Origin: an uncultured Rhabdothermincola sp.
Lineage (GTDB): Bacteria; Actinomycetota; Acidimicrobiia; Acidimicrobiales; Acidimicrobilacustridaceae
NCBI GenBank assembly: GCA_964399375.1
Contig: CAYNQN010000006.1
Location: 1 to 33,189 of the forward strand
Reading direction: 5' to 3'
DNA length: 33,189 bases
Positions 16,059-23,908 of the stretch are shown one piece after another (position 1 is the first letter of the stretch; the number at the start of each line of letters is the position of its first letter). Both the position numbers and the translations under genes were made by a program. A model generated the notes under the pieces. The model had not been told where the DNA came from and searched no databases. It was given only the letters and a program-made list of their open reading frames with translations.

Positions 16059-16967
16059 CTAGCTGTCGGGTGAGGGGATCACCGCGACGGCGCAGGTGGA
16101 GTGCTGGAGGCACTGCCTGCTCACCGAGCCCAGCACGGCGCTCGCAAGCGCCCGGCGACCTCTGGTGCCCACCACCAGCAGGCCCGCCTCCCTGGCCCGG
16201 TCGAGCAGCGCCGCTGCCGGCGGCTCACCCACCGAGAGGGTCTCGACCTCCGGTGGCCGCTGCGAAGCGGACGACAGCGCCGCATCCACGACCTCACGGA
16301 CCATCTCCTCGCTCACGGCCTGGAAGTCGGGGACGGCGTATGGCACGCCGGTGAAACCGAGGCTGGGATACCAGTAGGCGTTCCACCACCCGTTCACCAC
16401 GGCGAGCTTCGCCCCGCGCAGGGCGGCCTCTCGCACCGCCCAGCTCAGCGCAGCGGTCGATCGGTCGGAGCCGTCGATGCCGACCACCACATCGCCGGTG
16501 CCCGGGAGGGGTGCGCCGGCCGGCACCACGACCACGGGCTTGGACGACTCGGCGGCGCACTGCTCGCTCACCGAGCCCAGCAGGAGCGACTTGAACCCGC
16601 CCCTCCCCCGCGAGCCCAGCACGAGCATGCTGGCGCCACGGCCCAGCTCGTCGATGAGCGCCACGGGCGCCTCGGCCTGGACGGCGCAGCCCTCCACCTC
16701 CACGCCGGAGGAGCCGGCAGGCACCATCGACGCCACCACCTCGTTGGCGTGGGCCTCGTACCCGGAGATGTCCTCGTCGAGCAGGATGTTGCCGACCTCG
16801 GTGAGCAAGGGCGGGAGCCAGGCGTGCACCGCTCGCACGGCTGCTCCCCGGAGGCGAGCTTCGGCGATGGCCCACTGCAGGGCGTGCGCAGAGCCCTCCG
16901 ATCCGTCCACACCGGCGACGATCACCGGCGGGGTCGCTGGTCCTGCACCTGCCACTGACGGTTCCAT
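16059..16967 (-). CDS. Tandem-domain universal stress protein (UspA family, 302 aa)
   Basis: It has two USP domains, each ending in the ATP-binding type motif: LVLGSRGRGGFKSLLLGSVSEQC and LVVGTRGRRALASAVLGSVSRQC. Each domain begins with the (V/I)VAGVDGS type strand. Confidence 0.9.
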   Translation of the reverse strand: MEPSVAGAGPATPPVIVAGVDGSEGSAHALQWAIAEARLRGAAVRAVHAWLPPLLTEVGNILLDEDISGYEAHANEVVASMVPAGSSGVEVEGCAVQAEAPVALIDELGRGASMLVLGSRGRGGFKSLLLGSVSEQCAAESSKPVVVVPAGAPLPGTGDVVVGIDGSDRSTAALSWAVREAALRGAKLAVVNGWWNAYWYPSLGFTGVPYAVPDFQAVSEEMVREVVDAALSSASQRPPEVETLSVGEPPAAALLDRAREAGLLVVGTRGRRALASAVLGSVSRQCLQHSTCAVAVIPSPDS

Positions 16968-16993
16968 GTGGCCGCAGCGTACCTTTGGGGGCC

Positions 16994-17956
16994 ATGCAGC
17001 CGACGGCCGGACCCCACCAGCGCCCCTTCCGCTTCAGCGTGCAGTGCTCCTCGCTCCCCGGAACCGACGAGCACTCGTGGAGGGAGCTGGCCAAGCGGTG
17101 CGAGGGCCTCGGGTACTCCACGCTGACCATCTCGGACCACTTCGACGACCAGCTCGCCCCCATCCCAGCCGCGATGGCGGCCGCCGATGCCACCAGCACG
17201 CTGCGGGTGGGCACGATGGTCCTGGCCAACGACTACCGCCACCCAGTGGTGCTCGCCAAGGAGGCGGCCACCATCGACCTGCTCTCGGGCGGTCGCTTCG
17301 AGCTGGGCATCGGAGCGGGCTGGATGCCCGGCGACTACCACCGCGCGGGGATCGACTTCGACTCCCCCGGCGTGCGCATCGAGCGGCTGGAGGAGGCGAT
17401 CACGATCGTCCGGGGCCTGCTGAGCGACGACGGGCCCGTCACCTTCGAGGGCAAGCACTACCAGGTCGCCGACCTGGAGGGCACGCCCAAGCCGATCCAG
17501 CGGCCGCACCCCCCGATCCTCGTGGGGGGAGGGGCGCCGCGCATCCTGCGCATGGCTGCCCGCCAGGCCGACATCGTGGGGCTGAACCCGTCGATGGTGA
17601 AGGGCGTCATCGACGCCTCCATGGGACCCGACGCCACCGCCGAGGCCACCGACCCCAAGATCGCCCTCATCCGGGAAGCTGCAGGAGAGCGTTGGAAGGA
17701 TCTGGAGATCCAGATCCGCATCCACCTGGTGGTTGCCACCGACGACCGCGCGGGCCTGGCCGAGAGCGCTGCCACAAGCTTCGGGCTGACCCCGGAGGAG
17801 GCGCTGGGCACCCCCTACGCGCTGGTCGGGACGACCGAGGAGATCGTGGACGACCTACTGTCGCGCCGGGAGCGCTTCGGCATAAGCGCCATCGGGATCG
17901 GCGTGGAGCACATGGAGACGCTCGCCCCGGTCGTGGCCCGACTCGCCGGCACATGA
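16994..17956 (+). CDS. Luciferase-like monooxygenase family oxidoreductase, probable F420-dependent class (320 aa)
   Basis: Frame of ORF 16985..17956; ATG 16994 is preferred over TTG 16985. FRFSVQ...GYSTLTISDHF...LRVGTMVLANDYRHPVVLAKEAATIDLLSGGRFELGIGAGW...HPPILVGGGAPRILRMAARQADIVG is typical of actinobacterial F420-type LLM proteins. Confidence 0.8.
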   Translation: MQPTAGPHQRPFRFSVQCSSLPGTDEHSWRELAKRCEGLGYSTLTISDHFDDQLAPIPAAMAAADATSTLRVGTMVLANDYRHPVVLAKEAATIDLLSGGRFELGIGAGWMPGDYHRAGIDFDSPGVRIERLEEAITIVRGLLSDDGPVTFEGKHYQVADLEGTPKPIQRPHPPILVGGGAPRILRMAARQADIVGLNPSMVKGVIDASMGPDATAEATDPKIALIREAAGERWKDLEIQIRIHLVVATDDRAGLAESAATSFGLTPEEALGTPYALVGTTEEIVDDLLSRRERFGISAIGIGVEHMETLAPVVARLAGT

Positions 17957-17970
17957 GAGAAGAGGCAGCG

Positions 17971-19629
17971 ATGCAGCACATGAAGTGGTGGGGCTGGGGC
18001 GAGGAGGGAGTCACCTTCACCCACACCGACAAGCCGGCCCTCGGCCCGTTCGTGAAGGCCCACATCGACCTCGACCTCGACGCAGGTGGCGCTCCGGTGG
18101 TCGATTTCGGTGCCCTCGACGTGCCGGCACCCTCGGCTCCCACCCAGCTCCGCAAGGCCATGGAGGCCGCCGTGGGCCCCGACCACGTGGCCGACAGCGA
18201 CATGGACAGGGTGGTGCACACCTACGGCAAGAGCCTGCGCGACCTGGTGCGGGTGCGCAGGGGCGACCTGGGACGACTGCCGGACCTGGTCGTCTACCCG
18301 GCCGACGAGGCCGAGGTGGCAGCGGTGGTGGAGGCTGCCCTCGAGGCCGACGCCGTGCTCATCCCCTTCGGGGGAGGCACGAACATCTCCGGCAGCCTGG
18401 AGCCCCCACGCGGCGAGGCCCGCCCGGTGATCTCGCTGGACCTCGGCCGGCTCGACCGGGTGCTGGAGGTGGACGAGGTGTCGCAGCTGGCACGCATCGA
18501 GGCGGGCGCCCTCGGGCCCGATCTGGAGGAGCAGCTCAACACCCGCGGGTGGACGCTCGGTCACTTCCCCGACAGCTTCAGGCACTCCACCCTCGGCGGC
18601 TGGATCGCCACGCGCTCGTCGGGGATGCAGTCGGACAAGTACGGCGACATATCCGGGATCACGCGTGCGGTGAGGGTGGTCACGCCCAACGGGATCCTGG
18701 CGCTGCGGCCCGTGCCGGCCACCTCCACCGGGCCCAGCGTGCGAGAGATGATCCTGGGAAGCGAGGGGCGCCTGGGGGTGATCACCGAGGCGACCGTGCA
18801 CGTGCACCGGCTGCCGGGCGAGCGGGTGATCCTGGGCTACTTCTTCCCCGATTGGGACGCTGCCCTGGCCGCCATGCGCGACATATCGGCCAGCGACGCC
18901 AGCCCGTCGCTGACGCGGGTGTCGGACGCCCGCGAGACGCAGTTCTCCCTGGCCACCCGCAAGGCGGGATCGTTCGTCGACAAGGCCAAGTCGGCGGCTC
19001 TGAAGGCGTTCCTGCGGCATCGCAAGCACTTCGACCTCGACCAGGTGTGCCTGTCGTTCAGCGGCTACGAGGGCAGTCCGGAGCACGTGAAGGCCCAGCG
19101 CAAGCTGGTTGGCAGGATCGTGTCGCAGCACGGCGGGATCTGCGTGGGCACCAGCCCGGGTGAGCTCTACGACCAGAAGAAGTTCGACACGCCCTACATC
19201 CGCGACTTCCTCCTGGATCGGGGTGGGCTGGCAGACGTGTCGGAGACGTCTGCCCCGTGGGCGCAGCTGCGCCCCCTCTACGACGGCGTGGTGGACGCCG
19301 CCAACCTGGCCTTCGACGAGGTCGGGGTGCGGGGCTGGATCATGTGCCACCTCTCGCACTCGTACCACGCCGGTGCCTGCCTCTACTTCACGTTCGCCTT
19401 CAAGGCGGCGCCTGGGCGCGACGAGATCGACCAGTACGACACGGTGAAGAGGGCCATCCAGCAGGCTTTCATGGACAACCAGGCCACCCTCTCGCACCAC
19501 CACGCGGTCGGCCTGGAGCACGCCCAGTGGCTGGCCGACGACGTGTCGCCCGCCGGCGTGGAGATGGTGCGAGCCCTCTTCGAGGGCATCGACCCGGGCA
19601 ACAACCTCAACCCCGGCAAGATCGTCTAG
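17971..19629 (+). CDS. FAD-linked oxidase, alkyldihydroxyacetonephosphate synthase (AGPS)-like (552 aa)
   Basis: Frame of ORF 16477..19629. ATG 17971 follows GAGG by 5 nt; alternatives are ATG 17953 (ATGA overlap with the LLM stop) or ATG 17980. The N-terminal KWWGWG motif, the FAD-binding PCMH-type region VVYPADEAEVAAVVEAALEADAVLIPFGGGTNISG, and C-terminal HHHAVGLEH...DPGNNLNPGKI support the call. Confidence 0.82.
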   Translation: MQHMKWWGWGEEGVTFTHTDKPALGPFVKAHIDLDLDAGGAPVVDFGALDVPAPSAPTQLRKAMEAAVGPDHVADSDMDRVVHTYGKSLRDLVRVRRGDLGRLPDLVVYPADEAEVAAVVEAALEADAVLIPFGGGTNISGSLEPPRGEARPVISLDLGRLDRVLEVDEVSQLARIEAGALGPDLEEQLNTRGWTLGHFPDSFRHSTLGGWIATRSSGMQSDKYGDISGITRAVRVVTPNGILALRPVPATSTGPSVREMILGSEGRLGVITEATVHVHRLPGERVILGYFFPDWDAALAAMRDISASDASPSLTRVSDARETQFSLATRKAGSFVDKAKSAALKAFLRHRKHFDLDQVCLSFSGYEGSPEHVKAQRKLVGRIVSQHGGICVGTSPGELYDQKKFDTPYIRDFLLDRGGLADVSETSAPWAQLRPLYDGVVDAANLAFDEVGVRGWIMCHLSHSYHAGACLYFTFAFKAAPGRDEIDQYDTVKRAIQQAFMDNQATLSHHHAVGLEHAQWLADDVSPAGVEMVRALFEGIDPGNNLNPGKIV

Positions 19630-19718
19630 CCGCCCGGTCCTGCCGGCCGGCACCCGCCAGCTCAATGTTCTGCTTGGCCTCCGTGGCCTTGAACGGGCAC
19701 AGCGCAGCGGTGGTATCG

Positions 19719-19791
19719 CGCCTCCGGTTGGAATCGAACCAACGACCTTGGGATTAGAAGTCCCCTGCTCTATCCGCTGAGCTACGGAGGC
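19719..19791 (-). tRNA. tRNA-Arg (anticodon TCT)
   Basis: The reverse complement folds as: acceptor GCCTCCG/CGGAGGC, D arm GCTC-AGCGGATA-GAGC, anticodon arm GGGGA-CTTCTAA-TCCCA (TCT; 27:43 is a G:A mismatch), T arm GTTGG-TTCGATT-CCAAC, discriminator G. Confidence 0.9.
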
Positions 19792-19819
19792 GAGGAGGTC
19801 GAGTGTATGGCCGAACCGG

Positions 19820-19849
19820 TTGGGGACCCGGGAGGGGTCGTCCTATGAT
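19820..19849 (+). promoter_or_regulatory. Candidate sigma-70-type promoter for the tRNA-His/tRNA-Lys unit
   Basis: TTGGGG (19820-19825), an 18-nt spacer, then TATGAT (19844-19849), which ends 11 nt before G-1 of tRNA-His. This is a pattern match only. Confidence 0.3.
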
Positions 19850-19860
19850 CGTCAACTCAC

Positions 19861-19939
19861 GGTGGCCGTAGCTCAGCTCGGTTAGAGCGCCAGGTTGTGG
19901 CCCTGGAGGTCGGGGGTTCAAGTCCCCTCGGCCACCCCA
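19861..19939 (+). tRNA. tRNA-His (anticodon GTG) with encoded G-1 and encoded 3' CCA
   Basis: G-1 (19861) lies opposite discriminator C (19936). Acceptor GTGGCCG/CGGCCAC, anticodon arm CCAGG-TTGTGGC-CCTGG (GTG), T arm GGGGG-TTCAAGT-CCCCT, CCA at 19937-19939. Confidence 0.93.
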
Positions 19940-19942
19940 CGT

Positions 19943-19990
19943 GAAGCAGCCGGGTGGTCCGAACGCTTGACCTGGCCACCCGGCTGCTTC
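19943..19990 (+). terminator. Perfect 15-bp stem-loop between tRNA-His and tRNA-Lys (terminator, attenuator or processing element)
   Basis: GAAGCAGCCGGGTGG (19943-19957) and CCACCCGGCTGCTTC (19976-19990) are exact reverse complements, separated by an 18-nt loop. Confidence 0.5.
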
Positions 19991-20011
19991 GCTAAACTGC
20001 AGATTCGATTT

Positions 20012-20084
20012 GCACCTCTAGCTCAATTGGCAGAGCAACGGACTCTTAATCCGCAGGTTCTGGGTTCGAGTCCCAGGGGGTGTA
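20012..20084 (+). tRNA. tRNA-Lys (anticodon CTT)
   Basis: Acceptor GCACCTC/GGGGTGT (G1:T72 and T6:G67 wobbles), D arm GCTC-AATTGGCA-GAGC, anticodon loop CTCTTAA (CTT), T arm CTGGG-TTCGAGT-CCCAG, discriminator A. Confidence 0.88.
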
Positions 20085-20126
20085 CGGAAGTATTCGTGCC
20101 GTCGAGCACGCGACTTGAGGAGAGAG

Positions 20127-22367
20127 ATGCTCGAGCGGCTAGGCAGGTTCTGCGCACGCAGGCACTGGCAGACCATCGTGATCTGGATCGTCGTGATCGT
20201 CGCGGTGGGCTTGTTTGCCCAGGTGCACCACGGCGAGTCCGAGGATGTCTTCACGGTGCCGGGCACGCAATCGCAGGAGGCTCTCGACCTGCTGCAGACC
20301 AGCTTCCCCTCGGCGGCGGGCACCAGCATCACGGTGGTCTGGGAGGCCCAGAGCGGGACGCTCAACGATCCCGCCCAACAGGCTGCGATCAACCAGGCGG
20401 TAGCCGATCTCAAGGCGATGGACGGCGTGTCCAGCGTGTCCAGCCCCTTCGAGCCGGCACCCACGGGCATCGACGTGGTCGACGGGCAGGTTCAGGTGGA
20501 GACCACGCCGCTCAACATCAACGGCGCCGGCACCGTGGGCTTCAGCGTGGTCCAGTTCGACCACAGCCTCACCAACCTGGAACAGGCGGAGGCGATCTTC
20601 GAGGCCACCCAGCAGGCCGCCCAGCCCGCCGTGAGCGCGGGTGTGGTGGTGAACTACGGGGGCCCGGTGGTCGACACGGCCAACGCTCCCGACCCGGGCA
20701 TCTCGCAGTACTCCGAGCTGATCGGCATCATCTTCGCAATCATCATCCTGCTCATCGCGCTGGGCTCGGCCACCTCGATGGCCGTGCCGATCGTCATCGC
20801 CCTCATCTCGGTCTTCACGTCTCACAACATCGTGTCGATCCTCGAGTCGAGCTTCACCATCGGCTCCGTCGCTCCCATCCTGGGGTCGATGATCGGCCTC
20901 GGTGTGGGGATCGACTACTCGCTGTTCATCGTCAGCCGGTTCCGCCAGAACCTGAAGGACGGGATGAGCGTCGGCGACGCGGTGGGCAAGGCCATCGCCA
21001 CGTCGGGCTCGGCGGTGCTGTTCGCCGGCATCACCGTGTGCATAGCGCTCTGCGCCCTCTACTTCGTGCAGATCCCCTACGTCGCCCAGCTGGGCTACAT
21101 CGCAGCGCTGTTCGTGGCGATCACCATCTTCACCACGCTCACCCTGGTGCCGGCCGTGCTCGGTGCCCTCGGCAAGCGCATCAACTCTGGCCGGATCCAC
21201 CGCCGCGACGAGACCCAGGACATCCACAAGACCCTCTCGGCGCGGTGGGCAGCCACCACCTCGCGCCACCCCATCCGCTACGCGGTGATCAGCTTGCTGG
21301 TGCTGCTGGTGCTGGCGCTGCCGCTGCGCAGCATGCACCTGGGGTTCACCGACGCCGGCGACATGAGCCACGAGCTAACGCAGCACCAGGCGTTCGAGAC
21401 CCTCGGCGAGAACTTCGGGCCGGGTGAGAACGGACCCCTGCTGCTGGCGGTGTCGCTCCCCGAGGTGACGGCCGACAACGCAGTGGGCATCCTCGAGTCG
21501 TTCGACAAGCTCAACACGGCGGTGGCCGCCACGCCGGGCGTGGCCCGGGTGTCGCTGCCGGTCCCGAACAACTTCCCCTCCGAGGCCCATCCCGACGCCA
21601 TGCCCACGGCGGCGATCGTGCAGGTGGTGCCCACCACCGCCCCCAACGCCGACGAGACGGCCGACCTCGTGGAGCGCCTGCGCAACGACGTGATCCCCAC
21701 CGCTCTCGAGGGCGAGACCATAAGCGCCTCCCAGGTGTACGTGGGGGGTCAGACCGCCATCCTCATCGACCTCTCCGACGCCCTCAGCTCCAGGCTGTTC
21801 CTCTTCATCGGCGTGGTGGTGCTGGGTGCCTTCCTGCTGTTGATGATGGTCTTCCGGTCGGTCTTCGTTCCCTTCAAGGCAGCGTTGATGAACCTGCTGT
21901 CGATAGGCAGCGCCTACGGCGTGATCATCGCCGTGTTCCAGTGGGGCTGGCTCAAGGGCCTGGTGGACCTGGAGAACACGGTGCCCATAGTGGCGTTCGT
22001 GCCGGTGATGATGTTCGCCGTGCTCTTCGGGCTCTCGATGGACTACGAGGTGTTCCTCATCGCCCGCATCAAAGAGGAGTACAACAAGACCGGCGACAGC
22101 CGCCAGAGCGTGGTCACAGGCCTGGCTGCCACAGCCAGGGTGATAACGGCAGCTGCTCTCATCATGATCGCCGTGTTCATCTCGTTCGTGCCCAACCCCG
22201 ACCCCACCGTGAAGATGATCGGGCTGGGCCTCGCTGTGTCGGTTCTCATCGACGCCACCATCGTGCGCATGATGCTCGTGCCCTCCACGATGGAGCTCGC
22301 CGGCAAGGCGAACTGGTGGATCCCGTCCTGGCTCGATCGGATCCTCCCCCGCATCCACGTCGACTGA
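20127..22367 (+). CDS. MMPL-family (RND superfamily) membrane transporter (746 aa)
   Basis: Frame of ORF 20115..22367. ATG 20127 is preceded by GAGGAGAGAG. It has two 6-TM bundles with large extracytoplasmic loops, the motifs GVGIDYSLFIVSRFRQ and GLSMDYEVFLIARIKEEY, and a C-terminal NWWIPSWLDRILP. Confidence 0.9.
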   Translation: MLERLGRFCARRHWQTIVIWIVVIVAVGLFAQVHHGESEDVFTVPGTQSQEALDLLQTSFPSAAGTSITVVWEAQSGTLNDPAQQAAINQAVADLKAMDGVSSVSSPFEPAPTGIDVVDGQVQVETTPLNINGAGTVGFSVVQFDHSLTNLEQAEAIFEATQQAAQPAVSAGVVVNYGGPVVDTANAPDPGISQYSELIGIIFAIIILLIALGSATSMAVPIVIALISVFTSHNIVSILESSFTIGSVAPILGSMIGLGVGIDYSLFIVSRFRQNLKDGMSVGDAVGKAIATSGSAVLFAGITVCIALCALYFVQIPYVAQLGYIAALFVAITIFTTLTLVPAVLGALGKRINSGRIHRRDETQDIHKTLSARWAATTSRHPIRYAVISLLVLLVLALPLRSMHLGFTDAGDMSHELTQHQAFETLGENFGPGENGPLLLAVSLPEVTADNAVGILESFDKLNTAVAATPGVARVSLPVPNNFPSEAHPDAMPTAAIVQVVPTTAPNADETADLVERLRNDVIPTALEGETISASQVYVGGQTAILIDLSDALSSRLFLFIGVVVLGAFLLLMMVFRSVFVPFKAALMNLLSIGSAYGVIIAVFQWGWLKGLVDLENTVPIVAFVPVMMFAVLFGLSMDYEVFLIARIKEEYNKTGDSRQSVVTGLAATARVITAAALIMIAVFISFVPNPDPTVKMIGLGLAVSVLIDATIVRMMLVPSTMELAGKANWWIPSWLDRILPRIHVD

Positions 22368-22449
22368 CCGCAGGGCCGGACCGCCGCCGGGAACCCAACC
22401 CGGCCCCCGCCCACGTGGGTGGGCCAGGTAGATGTGATAGACGACGGTG

Positions 22450-23235
22450 ATGGCCAACGTCATCTCCATCCACTCGTTCCGCGGCGGTACCGGCAAGAGC
22501 AACAGCACCGCCAACATCGCCGCCCAGCTCGCCCGGGCGGGCAACCGGGTTGCGGTGGTCGACACCGACATCCAATCGCCCGGCATCCACGTGCTCTTCG
22601 GCTTCAGCGAAGACGCCCTGGGCCTCACGCTGAACGACTACCTGTACGGCAACTGCTCCATCGCCGAGGCCGCTCACGACGTGACCAGCCAGCTCGACGG
22701 GCCCGAGGGCCCACCCGCTGCGGGGGCCGCCCTGTGGTTGGTGCCGTCGAGCATCAAGGCGGGCGACATCGCCAAGGTGCTGCGAGAGGGGTACGACGCA
22801 GGGGTCCTCAACGACGGGTTCCGCGAGCTGTCGGAGTCGCTCGAGCTCGACTACCTCCTCATCGACACGCACCCCGGGCTGAACGAGGAGACGTTGCTGT
22901 CGATCACGGTGTCGGACACGCTCGTGCTGCTGATGCGACCCGACCGCCAGGACATCCAGGGCACCGCCGTCACGGTCGACGTGGCTCGTCGCCTGGGCGT
23001 GCCCGAGCTCCTGCTGCTCGTGAACATGGTGCCCTCCTCGGTCGACCGGGGGGCGCTCGGTCCCGACCTGGCCGCTGCGTACGGGGTGGAGGTGGCGGGG
23101 TTGCTGCCCCTGAGCGAGACCGTGGTGGAGAACTCGTCGTCGGCCCTCTTCTCGGTCGTGAGCCCCGATGAGGAGTGGTCGCGAGTGATCGCCGGCGTGG
23201 CGGCCCGCATCGCACAGGCGCCTTCCCAGAGCTGA
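22450..23235 (+). CDS. ParA/MinD-family P-loop ATPase with Arg in place of the signature Lys (261 aa)
   Basis: Frame of ORF 22447..23235 (GTG 22447 or ATG 22450). The deviant Walker A reads SFRGGTGKSNSTANIA (canonical is KGGxGK[ST]). Other motifs are A' VAVVDTD and Walker B YLLIDTHPG. The overall length and layout are MinD/ParA-like. Confidence 0.8.
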   Translation: MANVISIHSFRGGTGKSNSTANIAAQLARAGNRVAVVDTDIQSPGIHVLFGFSEDALGLTLNDYLYGNCSIAEAAHDVTSQLDGPEGPPAAGAALWLVPSSIKAGDIAKVLREGYDAGVLNDGFRELSESLELDYLLIDTHPGLNEETLLSITVSDTLVLLMRPDRQDIQGTAVTVDVARRLGVPELLLLVNMVPSSVDRGALGPDLAAAYGVEVAGLLPLSETVVENSSSALFSVVSPDEEWSRVIAGVAARIAQAPSQS

Positions 23236-23274
23236 CCCAGGCCCGCACGACTCCCCCGAGGGCAAGGACCGAAG

Positions 23275-23817
23275 ATGGCAGAAGACGACGAGCTGTTCAG
23301 CCGGGAGGAGGTGCTCTCGGGCCGAGCCTCGCCCGGCGACGTCCGCAGGGCCAGGGCGATCCTCTACCTCATAGAGCAGGAGGCGCAGCGCTCGTCGGAT
23401 CGCCAGGACGGCCTGAACACGGTGGCCATGGCCGCCGCATCGGGCATGACGGTGGACCTGGCACAGGTGCTCGACCCCGAGACGCTCGCAGGGGCTCTTC
23501 CGGGCGAGCGTGACGAAGCCTTCCTGGCATCCTTCCGGGCGGCGAGGCGCGGGGCGGAGACGCCCGAGCTGAAGCGCTTGGAGCGCTTCGCCGACGACTG
23601 GAAGGTGCTGGTGCCCGAGCGCCTCGACCTGAGGGTGCGGCTGTTTGCCGAGCTGGCGGGGCGCTACGAGATCGACCCCAAGCGCGCCAAGCAGGTCTGC
23701 GCTGCCTTCGGCACCGACGACCCAGCGTTCGCTGCCACCTACGAGAGGCTCTTCCGCAAGCCCCTGGAGGACGCCTTCGTGCGGCGCAAGGGCCTCTTCG
23801 GACGCAAGAAGGCCTGA
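23275..23817 (+). CDS. Hypothetical protein (180 aa); acidic N-terminus and basic C-terminal tail; possible partner of the ParA-like ATPase
   Basis: It starts 39 nt downstream of the ATPase stop on the same strand, and codon bias is good. The N-terminus is MAEDDELFSREEVL and the C-terminus is FVRRKGLFGRKKA. No family is recognised. Confidence 0.6.
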   Translation: MAEDDELFSREEVLSGRASPGDVRRARAILYLIEQEAQRSSDRQDGLNTVAMAAASGMTVDLAQVLDPETLAGALPGERDEAFLASFRAARRGAETPELKRLERFADDWKVLVPERLDLRVRLFAELAGRYEIDPKRAKQVCAAFGTDDPAFAATYERLFRKPLEDAFVRRKGLFGRKKA

Positions 23818-23908
23818 CCCACCTAGCCATCGGCCCGCTCCCCGCTCGGAGCGGCTGGTCGGCCTGCGCGCCACCGGAGCCGGTGACCGGTAGCGTCGGG
23901 CGGTCACC

